A stretch of DNA of 64,000 nt from a virus. Where the stretch lies: the IMG/VR virus record IMGVR_UViG_3300019360_000001; one strand, 5' to 3'. Under the pieces are notes generated by a model. The model saw only the letters and a program-made list of their open reading frames with translations, had not been told where the DNA came from and made no database searches. Each line of letters begins with the position of its first letter. Within the stretch, counting starts at the first letter, position 1. Shown here piece after piece: positions 17,569-27,613 of the stretch. The translations under genes and the position numbers were made by a program.

Positions 17569-17838
17569 TTGTCTAGGATGAATATTAGAAGAAGACAAAG
17601 TAGTAAAGAGTGGCATTTAAATATGAAAGATAATGATTGCGAATATATTTTCAGTCTTTTTAAAAAAGATCTTTTCAGGGCTAGCGCTGTATATTTATTG
17701 CATGCTGCTATTAATGATATTAGATGCGAAATATGCGAGAAACTTATTAAAGTACGTGATCATAAACAATGGAAAAAATTAACTACTTTCAATGATTTTA
17801 AAAAAACACACAAAGAAAGGCAAGGTAATAATGATTGA
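17569..17838 (+). CDS. hypothetical protein
   Basis: ORF track; start uncertain. Confidence 0.5.
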   Translation: MSRMNIRRRQSSKEWHLNMKDNDCEYIFSLFKKDLFRASAVYLLHAAINDIRCEICEKLIKVRDHKQWKKLTTFNDFKKTHKERQGNND

Positions 17839-18166
17839 ATATCATTTGATATTACACGTTAATCAAGGTGATAGTTTTGGCGAATTTTTAGATCAAGCAA
17901 ATGGCAATATTGCAAATGCATTCACAAAATGGGCAAATGATTTTAGATCCGTGGCAAATATTTGTGAACAACTTTCTTTAAAAATTAACAATGAGAATAT
18001 AGATGTTATGGCAGACGGTCATACTATTATATTTATGCCTAAAAATATCGTTGGACAACAAATACTAGAAGAGCTATCAGAAAATTGTATTATTGACAAA
18101 TTTGAGTTCGACGAAGACGTTATTGATGATGGTAGCTTTCACGACGATACTTTGGCAAATCTTTAA
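17831..18166 (+). CDS. hypothetical acidic protein
   Basis: AAGGT SD before ATG 17831. Confidence 0.65.
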   Translation: MIEYHLILHVNQGDSFGEFLDQANGNIANAFTKWANDFRSVANICEQLSLKINNENIDVMADGHTIIFMPKNIVGQQILEELSENCIIDKFEFDEDVIDDGSFHDDTLANL

Positions 18167-18179
18167 TTGGAAATATATA

Positions 18180-20354
18180 ATGGCGAAATTTATAAATGAG
18201 GAAGGTTTAACATTTGATGATGTCTTGCTTTTGCCAAGATATTCTTTAGGAGAATCAAGACGAAACGTTAAACTGATTACAAAGCTAACTAATAATTTTA
18301 ATATTTTAACACCAATTATCTCTGCAAACATGGATAGTATTACCACATCGGATACTATGATTTCGATGGCCAATTTGGGCGGTGTTGGCGTTTTGCACAG
18401 ATTTATGCCATTGAGTGATATTAGATTTCATGTCGAAAGATTTAGAGAAGCTACGAAATCAAACAAGTTTTATTCGCCGACATGTGTTTCTATTGGCGTT
18501 GGTCCTGAGTCTACAGAATTACTTAATCTATACAAAGAATTGAAAGTAGATATAATTGTTATAGATATTGCCCATGGATGGAGCAAAAAGGTCAAAGATC
18601 TTATTAAAAAAATAAAGGATTTTATTGGATGTAATGTTATAGCTGGAAATGTTGCTACCTACGATGCAGCAATAGATTTATATGAAGCCGGAGCCAATGC
18701 AATTAAGGTCGGAGTGGGTCCAGGTTGTTTTGCTGCTGGAACACGAATTCTAATGGCTAATGGCATTTATAAAAACATAGAAGACATAAAACCCGGAGAC
18801 AGAGTAATAAATAAATACGGATATCCAATAAATGTTAAAAAATCATTTAAAACTGGATATAGGAAAGTTTCAAAATTAAATAATAGTTTATTTTATAAAG
18901 ATACATTGGTAACAAAAGATCATAATTATTGGGTTGGAGATTTTTCAACAACAAGTTTATCAACCATAAGTTCTTATTTAAAGTTACTTGCAAAAAAAAG
19001 CAAAACTATACCAAAGACAAGTAAAATAAAATGGATGGAAATTGGCAAACTAGATAGAGGATGTATGTTAATGCCTAAAAATATTAACTTTGAACTCGCT
19101 AATACCTTTAAGGAAAAAATTTATAAAAGATGTGGTGGCCATTATAAGGCTGGGTTTAAATACAAAATTGATGTTATATTAGAACCATCGTATGATCTTG
19201 GATATATATTTGGAACATTCTTAGGAGATGGATCATCTAGCATTGCTGTTTATAAAAAATCCGAAAGAGGAGCTGTTAGGTGGTTTTTTGGTGCCAAAGA
19301 AGAAGATATTGCCAATAAATTGATAGCGTCTATAAAGAATGTTTTTAATAAAGATGCCACAATTACAAAAGAAGATAATACTACTGTAGTTAATTTTTAT
19401 TATAAGCCATTAGCTAATTATTTATGGAAATTTGGTAAAAGAAAAGATAAATTTTTACCAGAACATCTTTTGGTTAATAATATAGAATATTTGCGTGGTA
19501 TAATGCATGGACTAATAGATAGTGATGGACATTATTCTAAAGATAGGAGATTTTCTTTCTCTAATACTTCTAAAAGATTAATTGAATTATTTAATGTTAT
19601 ATTTTATATAATAGAAGGATATTTTCCAAATAATGAAGAAAATCCGCTGTCTACTGGCGGGCTTAAAAATTGTGATATAAATAATTGTAATCCAAGTTAT
19701 AGGTCTCGTTCGTTAATTAGGCCAGAATATAGACAAAATAATTATAATCAAGTAGCAAAAATATTATCATATGAAGATACTAATTTATATCTTGATGTCT
19801 ATGACATAGAGGTTGATTGTCCGACACATAGCTTTATTGCAGAGAATGCTATAGTGCATAATTCTGTATGCAGCACAAGAATTAGAACTGGTTGTGGAAA
19901 TCCTCAACTAAGTGCTATTATTGAATGTTCTGTGATTCCATGTCCTATTATCGCCGATGGCGGAATAAAAAATGGAGGGGATGTTATTAAAAGTTTAGCT
20001 GCTGGTGCTTCATCTTGCATGATAGGAAATTTGATAAGTGGCTGCACAGAATGTCCTGGGGAAATTATAGAGATGGAAGGTAAGAAATATAAAAAATACA
20101 GAGGACAAGCATCTTTTGATTTCCAAAAAGAATGGAAAGGAATAGACAAACAAGTAAATATAGAGGGCGAATCTAAATTAGTAGAAATTAAAGGTTCGAT
20201 TGAAGATGTCGTAAATGAATTGCTATCTGGAGTTCGTTCCGGATTTTCCTATTGTGGTGCTAATGACATAGAAGAGCTTAGAAAGAATGCAATTTTTCGT
20301 CGAGTTTCTTCTAATACTTTAATAGAGAATCGTCCTCATGGGAAAAGTGGCTAA
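18180..20354 (+). CDS. guaB: IMP dehydrogenase / GMP reductase family enzyme (no CBS domain) with intein
   Basis: LTFDDVLLLP, ANMD, IDIAHG, AGNVAT, KVGVGPG|SVCSTR, IIADGGI, YRGQAS, EG, RSGFSYCGA. Confidence 0.88.
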   Translation: MAKFINEEGLTFDDVLLLPRYSLGESRRNVKLITKLTNNFNILTPIISANMDSITTSDTMISMANLGGVGVLHRFMPLSDIRFHVERFREATKSNKFYSPTCVSIGVGPESTELLNLYKELKVDIIVIDIAHGWSKKVKDLIKKIKDFIGCNVIAGNVATYDAAIDLYEAGANAIKVGVGPGCFAAGTRILMANGIYKNIEDIKPGDRVINKYGYPINVKKSFKTGYRKVSKLNNSLFYKDTLVTKDHNYWVGDFSTTSLSTISSYLKLLAKKSKTIPKTSKIKWMEIGKLDRGCMLMPKNINFELANTFKEKIYKRCGGHYKAGFKYKIDVILEPSYDLGYIFGTFLGDGSSSIAVYKKSERGAVRWFFGAKEEDIANKLIASIKNVFNKDATITKEDNTTVVNFYYKPLANYLWKFGKRKDKFLPEHLLVNNIEYLRGIMHGLIDSDGHYSKDRRFSFSNTSKRLIELFNVIFYIIEGYFPNNEENPLSTGGLKNCDINNCNPSYRSRSLIRPEYRQNNYNQVAKILSYEDTNLYLDVYDIEVDCPTHSFIAENAIVHNSVCSTRIRTGCGNPQLSAIIECSVIPCPIIADGGIKNGGDVIKSLAAGASSCMIGNLISGCTECPGEIIEMEGKKYKKYRGQASFDFQKEWKGIDKQVNIEGESKLVEIKGSIEDVVNELLSGVRSGFSYCGANDIEELRKNAIFRRVSSNTLIENRPHGKSG
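18726..19862 (+). mobile_element. intein in IMPDH/GMPR (379 aa, LAGLIDADG)
   Basis: GPG|CFAAGT...VTKDH...GTFLGDG...GLIDSDG...IVHN|S. Confidence 0.93.
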
Positions 20355-20638
20355 TGATCAAAGTTGTTCACTGTATGAAAGAGCCTTATGATATTTATAT
20401 AGGGAGAGGAAAGTGCCTTAAAACAGGCAAATTAGGTAAATGGGGAAATCCGTTTGTAATTGGGAAAGATGGAGATAGAGATGAGGTTATTAAAAAGTAC
20501 GAAGAATGGTTACTAAGTAATAAGGATTTATTGATATGTTTATCTGAACTTAAAGGACAAGTTTTGGGCTGTTGGTGTGCGCCTAAATTTTGCCATGGAG
20601 ATGTTTTATTAAAATTATTAGATAATATTAAAAAATAA
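20354..20638 (+). CDS. DUF4326-like phage protein
   Basis: YDIYIGR, KWGNPF, RDEVI, LGCWCAP..CHGDVL. Confidence 0.85.
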   Translation: MIKVVHCMKEPYDIYIGRGKCLKTGKLGKWGNPFVIGKDGDRDEVIKKYEEWLLSNKDLLICLSELKGQVLGCWCAPKFCHGDVLLKLLDNIKK

Positions 20639-20715
20639 AATGGATAAAGCCAAATTTTTATGCTAAAACTAGAAAATGCATTGAGCTTTCTGGTCGTGAT
20701 ATAAAAAGTAAAAGT

Positions 20716-20916
20716 ATGGGCAAATATAAATTAGAATGCTATGAAGTGGCTGACTGTTGTGGCTCTAATTGTGATTTGTTTTTCTTTAATACTAAAGAAA
20801 CTCCATGTTGGGGCAAAGTTGATTTAATCGGTTGTGACGATCAAAATGAATGGATTCATTATTGCAAAGGACATAGTGAAAAATTAGAAGGCGGCAAATA
20901 TATTAAAAAGTATTAA
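20716..20916 (+). CDS. small Cys-rich protein
   Basis: ORF track, PCWG and CKGH motifs. Confidence 0.6.
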   Translation: MGKYKLECYEVADCCGSNCDLFFFNTKETPCWGKVDLIGCDDQNEWIHYCKGHSEKLEGGKYIKKY

Positions 20917-20988
20917 ATATGTATGATGCTGTAATTAAGAAAATAGCCAATAATTGGGATATAGAAACTAAGTAGAGGAGAATAATGT

Positions 20989-23900
20989 ATGAGCTTCAAG
21001 TTTCCCGATGCGGCATCGGAATTCGTATATTATAGATGTGTACATGTTGATACCCCGGTTCTTTGTGCGGATATGAAGTGGCGCCCAGCCGGCAGTCTAT
21101 TTGAAGGAGATGATATAATTGTTTTCGATGAAATGCCAGACAAAAGAAGTAAAAGAAAAATAAAAATAGGAAAAGTTACTCATAATCATGTAGAAAATAG
21201 AAAATGTAAAAAGATTATCTTAGAAGATGGTAGAAATTTATATTGTACTCCAGAACATCAGTGGCTAGTTCGTCTTATGCCTACACAAACTAGCCTTGAA
21301 TGGATTAAAACAGAAAATCTTTGTAATAGATCAAGAGGGACTGTTTCCTATTTGCCGCTTTTTGAAGATCCATTGGATGAAGATAATTCTTATGAAGCTG
21401 GATATTTGTCTGCTGCATTTGATGGCGAAGGATGTATAGATGGCATTTCTGCCATATGCTTTAATCAAACAGAAAATGCAATGTTTTATAAAGTAAAGAA
21501 AATTTTACAAAATAAAGGATTTAGATTTTCTTTAAAAATTAAAAACAAAAACAAACATAAAAAGTCTTTTGAATCTAAAAAAGATTGTTATGTTTTTAGT
21601 ATTTATGGCAGAGAACAAATAATGAAGCTTATTGGAATGTTCGGAACGTGTAGAATATTGGAAAACTTTCATAAAAATCTTAATAAAGATACGTTTATGC
21701 TTAAGGCAAAAAAATGGCTAAAGGTTGTTTCAGTAGAAGACGCCGGAGAAATGCCAGTGGCAGTAATGAGTACTACTCATAAAACTCATATAACTGGTGG
21801 TTTTCCAAGCCACAATACATATAGCAGGTGGCGAGATGATTTAGGGAGAAGAGAGACTTGGGAAGAGACGGTAGATAGATATATAGGATTTTTTAGAAAT
21901 AAATTTGGCGATAAGGTTCCAGAGAAAGTTTTCAAAAAGGCCAAAGAAAAGATTTTAAATTTTGAAGTGATGCCCTCGATGAGAGCTTTGTGGGCATCAG
22001 GAGATGCTCTAGAAATAAATAATTGCTGTGGTTATAATTGTTCATTTTTATTTATAGATTCTATTGAGTCATTTGCAGAACTTTTATTTTTGCTTTGTTC
22101 TGGATGTGGTGTTGGATTTTCTGTTGAAAGTTCTCATGTTGACAAATTGCCGATGATTCCAGTTCTTACTGGACAAAATGGTGGAGTATTCCAAGTACCG
22201 GATTCAAAGGAGGGATGGGCTGATTCTGTAAAAAACTTAATAAACTCTTTATATTGTGGCAATGATTTAACTATTGATTATTCATTGATAAGACCTATGG
22301 GCTCTAGATTAAAAACCATGGGAGGAAGATGTCTAACAGGTGACACGGTTGTCTATAAAGACCGTAAAAAATCTGCTGGATTTAATAAGATAACCATACA
22401 ACAACTTTTTGACATTAAGCAAAGAGAGTTGTCTGGTAAATATAGAGGCAAATTAAAAAAAATTAAACTCAGATCTTTAAATGAAGAGTCTGGAGAATTT
22501 TTTAGAAATAATCTTGTAGATGTTGTATATAATGGCATTCATCCAGTTTATCAATTAGTAACTAAGCAGGGATATAGAATAAAGTCTACATTAAATCATA
22601 GATTTATGAATTCAGCAGGTAATTATCAGTCGCTTTCTTCTTTTAATATAGGGGATTTAATAGCGGTTAATGGTTCTAAAGAATTAAAAACAGGCATTTG
22701 TTGTGATTGCAAAAAACAAATATATAGGAGATCTTTGCGCTGCATCGATTGTTCTTATTTAAGCCAAAGAAAATTTGATTGTTTGCCAAGTACTGTAAGA
22801 CAACGAAGAGAGATAAAGATATATAAAAGAAAGCATAATAATTGTGAAAATTGTGGGCTATTATTTAAATTAGAGTGTCATCATATTGACGGAAATCCTT
22901 ATAATAATGAAGAATATAATTTAAAAGTTTTATGTCCTTCGTGTCATCGTACAGAAGATATGAAGCGTGTCTATTTTGGAAATGATTATACTTGTAAATA
23001 TCTCATGTATGATGAGATTGTAGACATAATAGCAGTGGGGGAAGAAAAAGTTTATGATCTTGTAATGCAGGGTCCTAATCACAATTTTATTGCCAATGGA
23101 ATTATTTCACACAATTCTTCTGGATCTGCCCCTCTCATTCAATTACATGAATTTATTAGATCTGTTTTTAGTCAACGGCAAGGAAGCAAACTTAAACCTA
23201 TAGATTGTCTTGATATATGTAATAAAATTGGCGCTTGTATTGTTGCTGGAGGAACTAGGCGATCAGCAGAAATATCCTTCTCTGATTTATCTGACATTGA
23301 AATTGCTAAGGCAAAAATTGCCCCTTTTCCAGTTCATAGATTTTTATCCAATAACAGTGCTATATACTATGAAAAACCTACTATTACTGAATTTTTAAAA
23401 GAGTGGACTAATCTAATAGAAAGTAAAAGCGGAGAACGTGGCATATTTAATATAGAAGGAGCTAGAAACAAATCTCCACAAAGGAGAAATAAGGAACTTA
23501 TTGTTGGAGAGAATCCATGTTTTACTGGAGAAACTCTTGTTTATGTTGCCGATGGCAGAGGAAATATTCCTATAAAACAGTTGGTAAAAGAGGGAAAAGA
23601 TGTGCCAGTCTTTTGTCTTAATAATAAAAATGTTCCAGTTGTTAGATGGATGAGAGGACCAAGAATTACCGGATATAACGTTCCAGTTTATAAGGTTTTA
23701 CTAGATGATGGCTCTAGTGTTAAAGTAACTAATAATCATAAATTTTTATTAAAAAGTGGAGAATATAAAGAAACTAAAGATCTAAAAAATGGAGATAGTT
23801 TATTTTTATTAACTAGATATGAAGCTTCTATGCAGGAAATATTCAATGGAACCAATAGCAGATCTCAAGATTATTTTTGGATTAATTATGGAAGAGCAAA

Positions 23901-25953
23901 ATCACTTAGTGAGCATAGACCGATAGCCGAATTCTTTTATAATACCAATCTCAAAACTGGACAAATAGTACATCATAAAGATTATAATGCACGAAATAAT
24001 GATTATAAAAATCTTGAAATAATGACAAAGCAACAACACGATAAGTTTCATGCAAAAGATATGATTGGAGATAAAAATCCAATGCGTAGGGCAAAATATG
24101 AATGGAGTAAAGATAAATGGGATAAATATTTAGATTTATTAAGTAAAAATTTTACTGCGGAAAATAATCCAAGATATTCTGGATTTACTGATGATCAAAT
24201 AAGAGAACATGCTATTTTGTTAACAAAAAATCTTGGTAGGAGATTTTCTAATAAAGAATGGATAAAATACGCTAAACGGTATGGATTGCCTATGAATTTT
24301 AGCAAATGGAGATGTTCTCATTTGGGCGATATACGTGATTTATCTATGTGGGCAGCTAATAATATTTTGGTATCAGAAATAATACCTAAAAATCACATAA
24401 ATATTGATACAAGAACTCTTAGACGATATAAGAAGTTTTTAGATATTGGATATAATTGTGAAATAATCAACAAAGATGTGTGGTTTCATAAAAATTGTGA
24501 GTATTGCAATAATAAATTTATTACTAGACAGCATTATACTGGATTTTGTAGTGGAAGCTGTGGAAACAGGGCTAGAGATAAGGCATCTTATGATCAGGCA
24601 AAGGCTTCTGCAAAAGTTACATTTGATGATCGAAGACATAAAAACAAGGAAAAACAATCTTCTATCTTTATAGAGTTAAAAAATAAATTAGGCAGAGTGC
24701 CAGAAAAAAAAGAATGGATGAAAGAATGTAAAGATCAAGGAATTTCTTTTGAAATATCTAGAAATAGCAGTCCATTTAGATATTGGAATGATTTAAAAGA
24801 ATATGCTAGCAATATAAATCATAAAGTAGTTTCTGTTGAGCTGTGTGGATATGAAGATGTTTATAATGGCACTGTAGATGAATTTCATAATTTTTTTATT
24901 GGTGGATTTGAGAGTAAAACTCAGTCTGGCAAACGTAAGTGGTGGTATTTAAACAACTTGCAGTGTGGCGAAATACTCCTCAGAGACAAGCAATTTTGCA
25001 ATTTAACTTCTGTGGTAGTCAAAAAGGGTGATGATATAGATGATCTATTAGAGAAAGTAGAAACGGCTACCTGGCTTGGAGTATTGCAGTCTTGTTTAAC
25101 AAATTTTCCATACTTAAGAAAACAATGGGCTAAAAACTGTAAGGAAGAAAGACTTTTGGGTGTTTCGTTAAATGGACAAATGGATAATCCAGAAATATTA
25201 ACCGAGCAAACGCTTGATTCGCTAAAAAGAAAAGCAATTAAAATTGCTGAAAAAGCTTCAAAGATAATGAATATAAATATGCCTGTATCCATTACTTGTG
25301 TGAAACCAGAAGGAACTACATCACAATTAGTTGATTGTGCTTCTGGGTTACATGCAAGATATTCTGAATATTATATTAGGACATATAGAATAGCTTCAAC
25401 AGATCCATTGTTTAAAATGCTTAAAGATCAGGGCTTGAAAATGGTTCCAGATATTGGCCAAAGAGAAAAAGATTGGCATGATGCCCAGAACGGAGATATG
25501 AATAAATGTTCTATATATGAAAAGGGCAAAAGATGGACCGAAGATAAAGTACAGACATGGGTTATATCTTTCCCTATTATGTCTCCTAAAAAATCAACCA
25601 AAAGAAATGATTTAAGTGAAATACAACAATTAGAATGGGCAAAAAAATTGCAATTAAAATGGTGTGAACATTCTGCTAGTGCAACAATATATGTCAAACC
25701 TGAAAATTGGTTAGAGGTTGGTAGTTGGGTATATAATAATTGGGACTATGTGAATGGATTAAGTTTTTTACCTTGGGATGGAGGCGTCTATGAACTTGCC
25801 CCATATGAAGAAATAGATAAAGATACGTACGAAAAAATGCTTAAAGCGATGCCATCTATTGATTATTCTCAACTTAGTAAATATGAAAAGGAAGATAATA
25901 CTACCGGAAGCAGAGAATTAGCGTGCTCAGGAGGAAGCTGTGAAATCAAGTAA
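20989..25953 (+). CDS. nrdJ: class II (B12-dependent) ribonucleotide reductase, about 650 aa spliced, three inteins
   Basis: TYSRW..RRETWEETV, PSMR, YNC, GCGVG, GGTRRSA, NP|CGE, TCVKPEGT, C-terminal ACSGGSCEI. Confidence 0.93.
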   Translation: MSFKFPDAASEFVYYRCVHVDTPVLCADMKWRPAGSLFEGDDIIVFDEMPDKRSKRKIKIGKVTHNHVENRKCKKIILEDGRNLYCTPEHQWLVRLMPTQTSLEWIKTENLCNRSRGTVSYLPLFEDPLDEDNSYEAGYLSAAFDGEGCIDGISAICFNQTENAMFYKVKKILQNKGFRFSLKIKNKNKHKKSFESKKDCYVFSIYGREQIMKLIGMFGTCRILENFHKNLNKDTFMLKAKKWLKVVSVEDAGEMPVAVMSTTHKTHITGGFPSHNTYSRWRDDLGRRETWEETVDRYIGFFRNKFGDKVPEKVFKKAKEKILNFEVMPSMRALWASGDALEINNCCGYNCSFLFIDSIESFAELLFLLCSGCGVGFSVESSHVDKLPMIPVLTGQNGGVFQVPDSKEGWADSVKNLINSLYCGNDLTIDYSLIRPMGSRLKTMGGRCLTGDTVVYKDRKKSAGFNKITIQQLFDIKQRELSGKYRGKLKKIKLRSLNEESGEFFRNNLVDVVYNGIHPVYQLVTKQGYRIKSTLNHRFMNSAGNYQSLSSFNIGDLIAVNGSKELKTGICCDCKKQIYRRSLRCIDCSYLSQRKFDCLPSTVRQRREIKIYKRKHNNCENCGLLFKLECHHIDGNPYNNEEYNLKVLCPSCHRTEDMKRVYFGNDYTCKYLMYDEIVDIIAVGEEKVYDLVMQGPNHNFIANGIISHNSSGSAPLIQLHEFIRSVFSQRQGSKLKPIDCLDICNKIGACIVAGGTRRSAEISFSDLSDIEIAKAKIAPFPVHRFLSNNSAIYYEKPTITEFLKEWTNLIESKSGERGIFNIEGARNKSPQRRNKELIVGENPCFTGETLVYVADGRGNIPIKQLVKEGKDVPVFCLNNKNVPVVRWMRGPRITGYNVPVYKVLLDDGSSVKVTNNHKFLLKSGEYKETKDLKNGDSLFLLTRYEASMQEIFNGTNSRSQDYFWINYGRAKSLSEHRPIAEFFYNTNLKTGQIVHHKDYNARNNDYKNLEIMTKQQHDKFHAKDMIGDKNPMRRAKYEWSKDKWDKYLDLLSKNFTAENNPRYSGFTDDQIREHAILLTKNLGRRFSNKEWIKYAKRYGLPMNFSKWRCSHLGDIRDLSMWAANNILVSEIIPKNHINIDTRTLRRYKKFLDIGYNCEIINKDVWFHKNCEYCNNKFITRQHYTGFCSGSCGNRARDKASYDQAKASAKVTFDDRRHKNKEKQSSIFIELKNKLGRVPEKKEWMKECKDQGISFEISRNSSPFRYWNDLKEYASNINHKVVSVELCGYEDVYNGTVDEFHNFFIGGFESKTQSGKRKWWYLNNLQCGEILLRDKQFCNLTSVVVKKGDDIDDLLEKVETATWLGVLQSCLTNFPYLRKQWAKNCKEERLLGVSLNGQMDNPEILTEQTLDSLKRKAIKIAEKASKIMNINMPVSITCVKPEGTTSQLVDCASGLHARYSEYYIRTYRIASTDPLFKMLKDQGLKMVPDIGQREKDWHDAQNGDMNKCSIYEKGKRWTEDKVQTWVISFPIMSPKKSTKRNDLSEIQQLEWAKKLQLKWCEHSASATIYVKPENWLEVGSWVYNNWDYVNGLSFLPWDGGVYELAPYEEIDKDTYEKMLKAMPSIDYSQLSKYEKEDNTTGSRELACSGGSCEIK
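21037..21816 (+). mobile_element. RNR intein A (260 aa, single LAGLIDADG-like motif)
   Basis: YYR|CVHVDT...CTPEH...AAFDGEG...SHN|T. Confidence 0.9.
22330..23115 (+). mobile_element. RNR intein B (262 aa, HNH endonuclease)
   Basis: GGR|CLTGDT...STLNH...ECHHIDGNPYNN..NLKVLCPSCH...SHN|S. Confidence 0.92.
23518..24963 (+). mobile_element. RNR intein C (482 aa, HNH, C-terminal Gln)
   Basis: ENP|CFTGET...VTNNH...VHHKDYNARNN...VYNGTVDEFHNF...NNLQ|CGE. Confidence 0.9.
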
Positions 25954-26022
25954 GAAAATTTATATTGTTTTGAAAAATTTACACCATTATAATAGATTGG
26001 AATTCCAAGGATAGGTGGTTTT

Positions 26023-26838
26023 ATGCCAAATTTTATAGATTTAAGTGGCAAGGTTTTCAATAATCTTACTGTTATTAAGGCTTCGGACGAAAAACATGTG
26101 TCTAAAGAAAAACATTGGGTGTGCAAATGTTCTTGTGGCAAGGAAATAATATTGCCTTCTTATACAATAAGGCATGGAAAAAGTAAAAGTTGTGGGTGCT
26201 TACAGCACAAAGGAACGCATAAAATGTCTAATAGGCCAGAGTTTCGTACTTGGGCTGGTATGATACAGCGATGTAAAAATCCTAATAAAACTGAATACAG
26301 GTATTATGGAGGCAGAGGTATAAAAGTATGTGAAAGATGGGCCGAGAAAGGTAATGGGTTTAAGAATTTTTATGATGATATGGGTCCCAAACCAAATCCA
26401 TCTTATAGTCTAGATAGAATAGATTCTAATGGAAATTATTGTAAAGAAAATTGTAAGTGGGCAACACCCCAAGAACAATGGGACAATAGAAAGCAAATAT
26501 CTCTTTCTGTTAAAACATATCAGGATAAAACTGCCAATACTGCTATTTATCCCAAAGATGACAAATTGTGGTCGGTGTCATATTGTTTGCTAGGAATAGG
26601 TAGCGAGGCAGGAGAGCTATGTGGTATTTATAAAAAAATGATAAGAGATAATTGTTTTGATTTAACTGCCGAAGTAAAAAGGAAAATAATAGATGAGGCA
26701 GGAGATTTAGCATGGTACTTGAGTCAACTTTGCACTGAACTTGATGTAAGTTTAGAATATGTTTTAAAACATAACATCGAAAAACTTCGTTCACGCCAAG
26801 AAAGGGGAAAGTTACAAGGGTCCGGCGATAATCGTTAA
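26023..26838 (+). CDS. HNH-type endonuclease fused to MazG-like NTP pyrophosphohydrolase
   Basis: N: DLSGKVF, CKCSCG, SCGC, YGGRGIKVCERW, SLDRIDSNGNY; C: SEAGE, DEAGD, NIEKLRSRQERGKLQGSGDNR. Confidence 0.88.
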   Translation: MPNFIDLSGKVFNNLTVIKASDEKHVSKEKHWVCKCSCGKEIILPSYTIRHGKSKSCGCLQHKGTHKMSNRPEFRTWAGMIQRCKNPNKTEYRYYGGRGIKVCERWAEKGNGFKNFYDDMGPKPNPSYSLDRIDSNGNYCKENCKWATPQEQWDNRKQISLSVKTYQDKTANTAIYPKDDKLWSVSYCLLGIGSEAGELCGIYKKMIRDNCFDLTAEVKRKIIDEAGDLAWYLSQLCTELDVSLEYVLKHNIEKLRSRQERGKLQGSGDNR

Positions 26839-27005
26839 TTTTTGTTTGTGGGAGGGGTGTTTTTACGGATATTAATGTCGTTTATAAAATATCAAAAGAT
26901 TTATCCTGGAAATACATAAAACAATATATTGCGCCAAATACAATAGACATAGCGATATACAAAATATGCCTTGATTTATATATTACTAAAAAGACTATTT
27001 GGAAT

Positions 27006-27401
27006 GTGCAATCTCGCTTATCTGAAAATGGTCTTTTGTGTCTTGAATGTTCTCCAGAAAATATTAGCCAAGCAATTGGTATAATCTCAGAATCTGGCTT
27101 TAAATATTCTATTTGCTATTTATTTGGGCAAAACGACACAATTATTTGGCTTTTAGCATCTAAAAAAGCAAACCCCAAATTGCCTAAGTACTTAATTTTA
27201 AATGACTTAGAGCAAAGATCTGACACAATTTTAAATTCGGGCCAATTTTCTTCGCAAGCCGTAGTACTTCTTGTGGGAGACTCTACACTTTCATTAGTTT
27301 CATCTTTGAAAAGCAAATATGTTTATATAATTGCATTTTGCGATGATGAAATATTAATAGAAATAGCAAAGTCAGAAGGTATTAGTGTTGTGACGCCTTG
27401 A
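27006..27401 (+). CDS. hypothetical protein; frame stays open upstream to about 26860
   Basis: ORF track; true start unclear. Confidence 0.55.
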   Translation: MQSRLSENGLLCLECSPENISQAIGIISESGFKYSICYLFGQNDTIIWLLASKKANPKLPKYLILNDLEQRSDTILNSGQFSSQAVVLLVGDSTLSLVSSLKSKYVYIIAFCDDEILIEIAKSEGISVVTP

Positions 27402-27613
27402 CTTGCTTTGTTTGCCGAAAGTCAATAAAAGGGGAAAGCAGAAAAGAAGGCAATAAGATTGCCCATGCTAATTGTTTTTTGGCAAAATCGATAATTAAAA
27501 TAACTAAGATTGGTCCAGATTCCATAAGTTTTCTTCCTGGTTCAGGAATTAGCAAATCAAAGCAGAATGAAATAATATCTGATAATATACTTGGGGAAAT
27601 TAATGAACAGTAA
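27398..27613 (+). CDS. small Zn-binding protein
   Basis: CFVC...HANC. Confidence 0.55.
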   Translation: MTCFVCRKSIKGESRKEGNKIAHANCFLAKSIIKITKIGPDSISFLPGSGISKSKQNEIISDNILGEINEQ

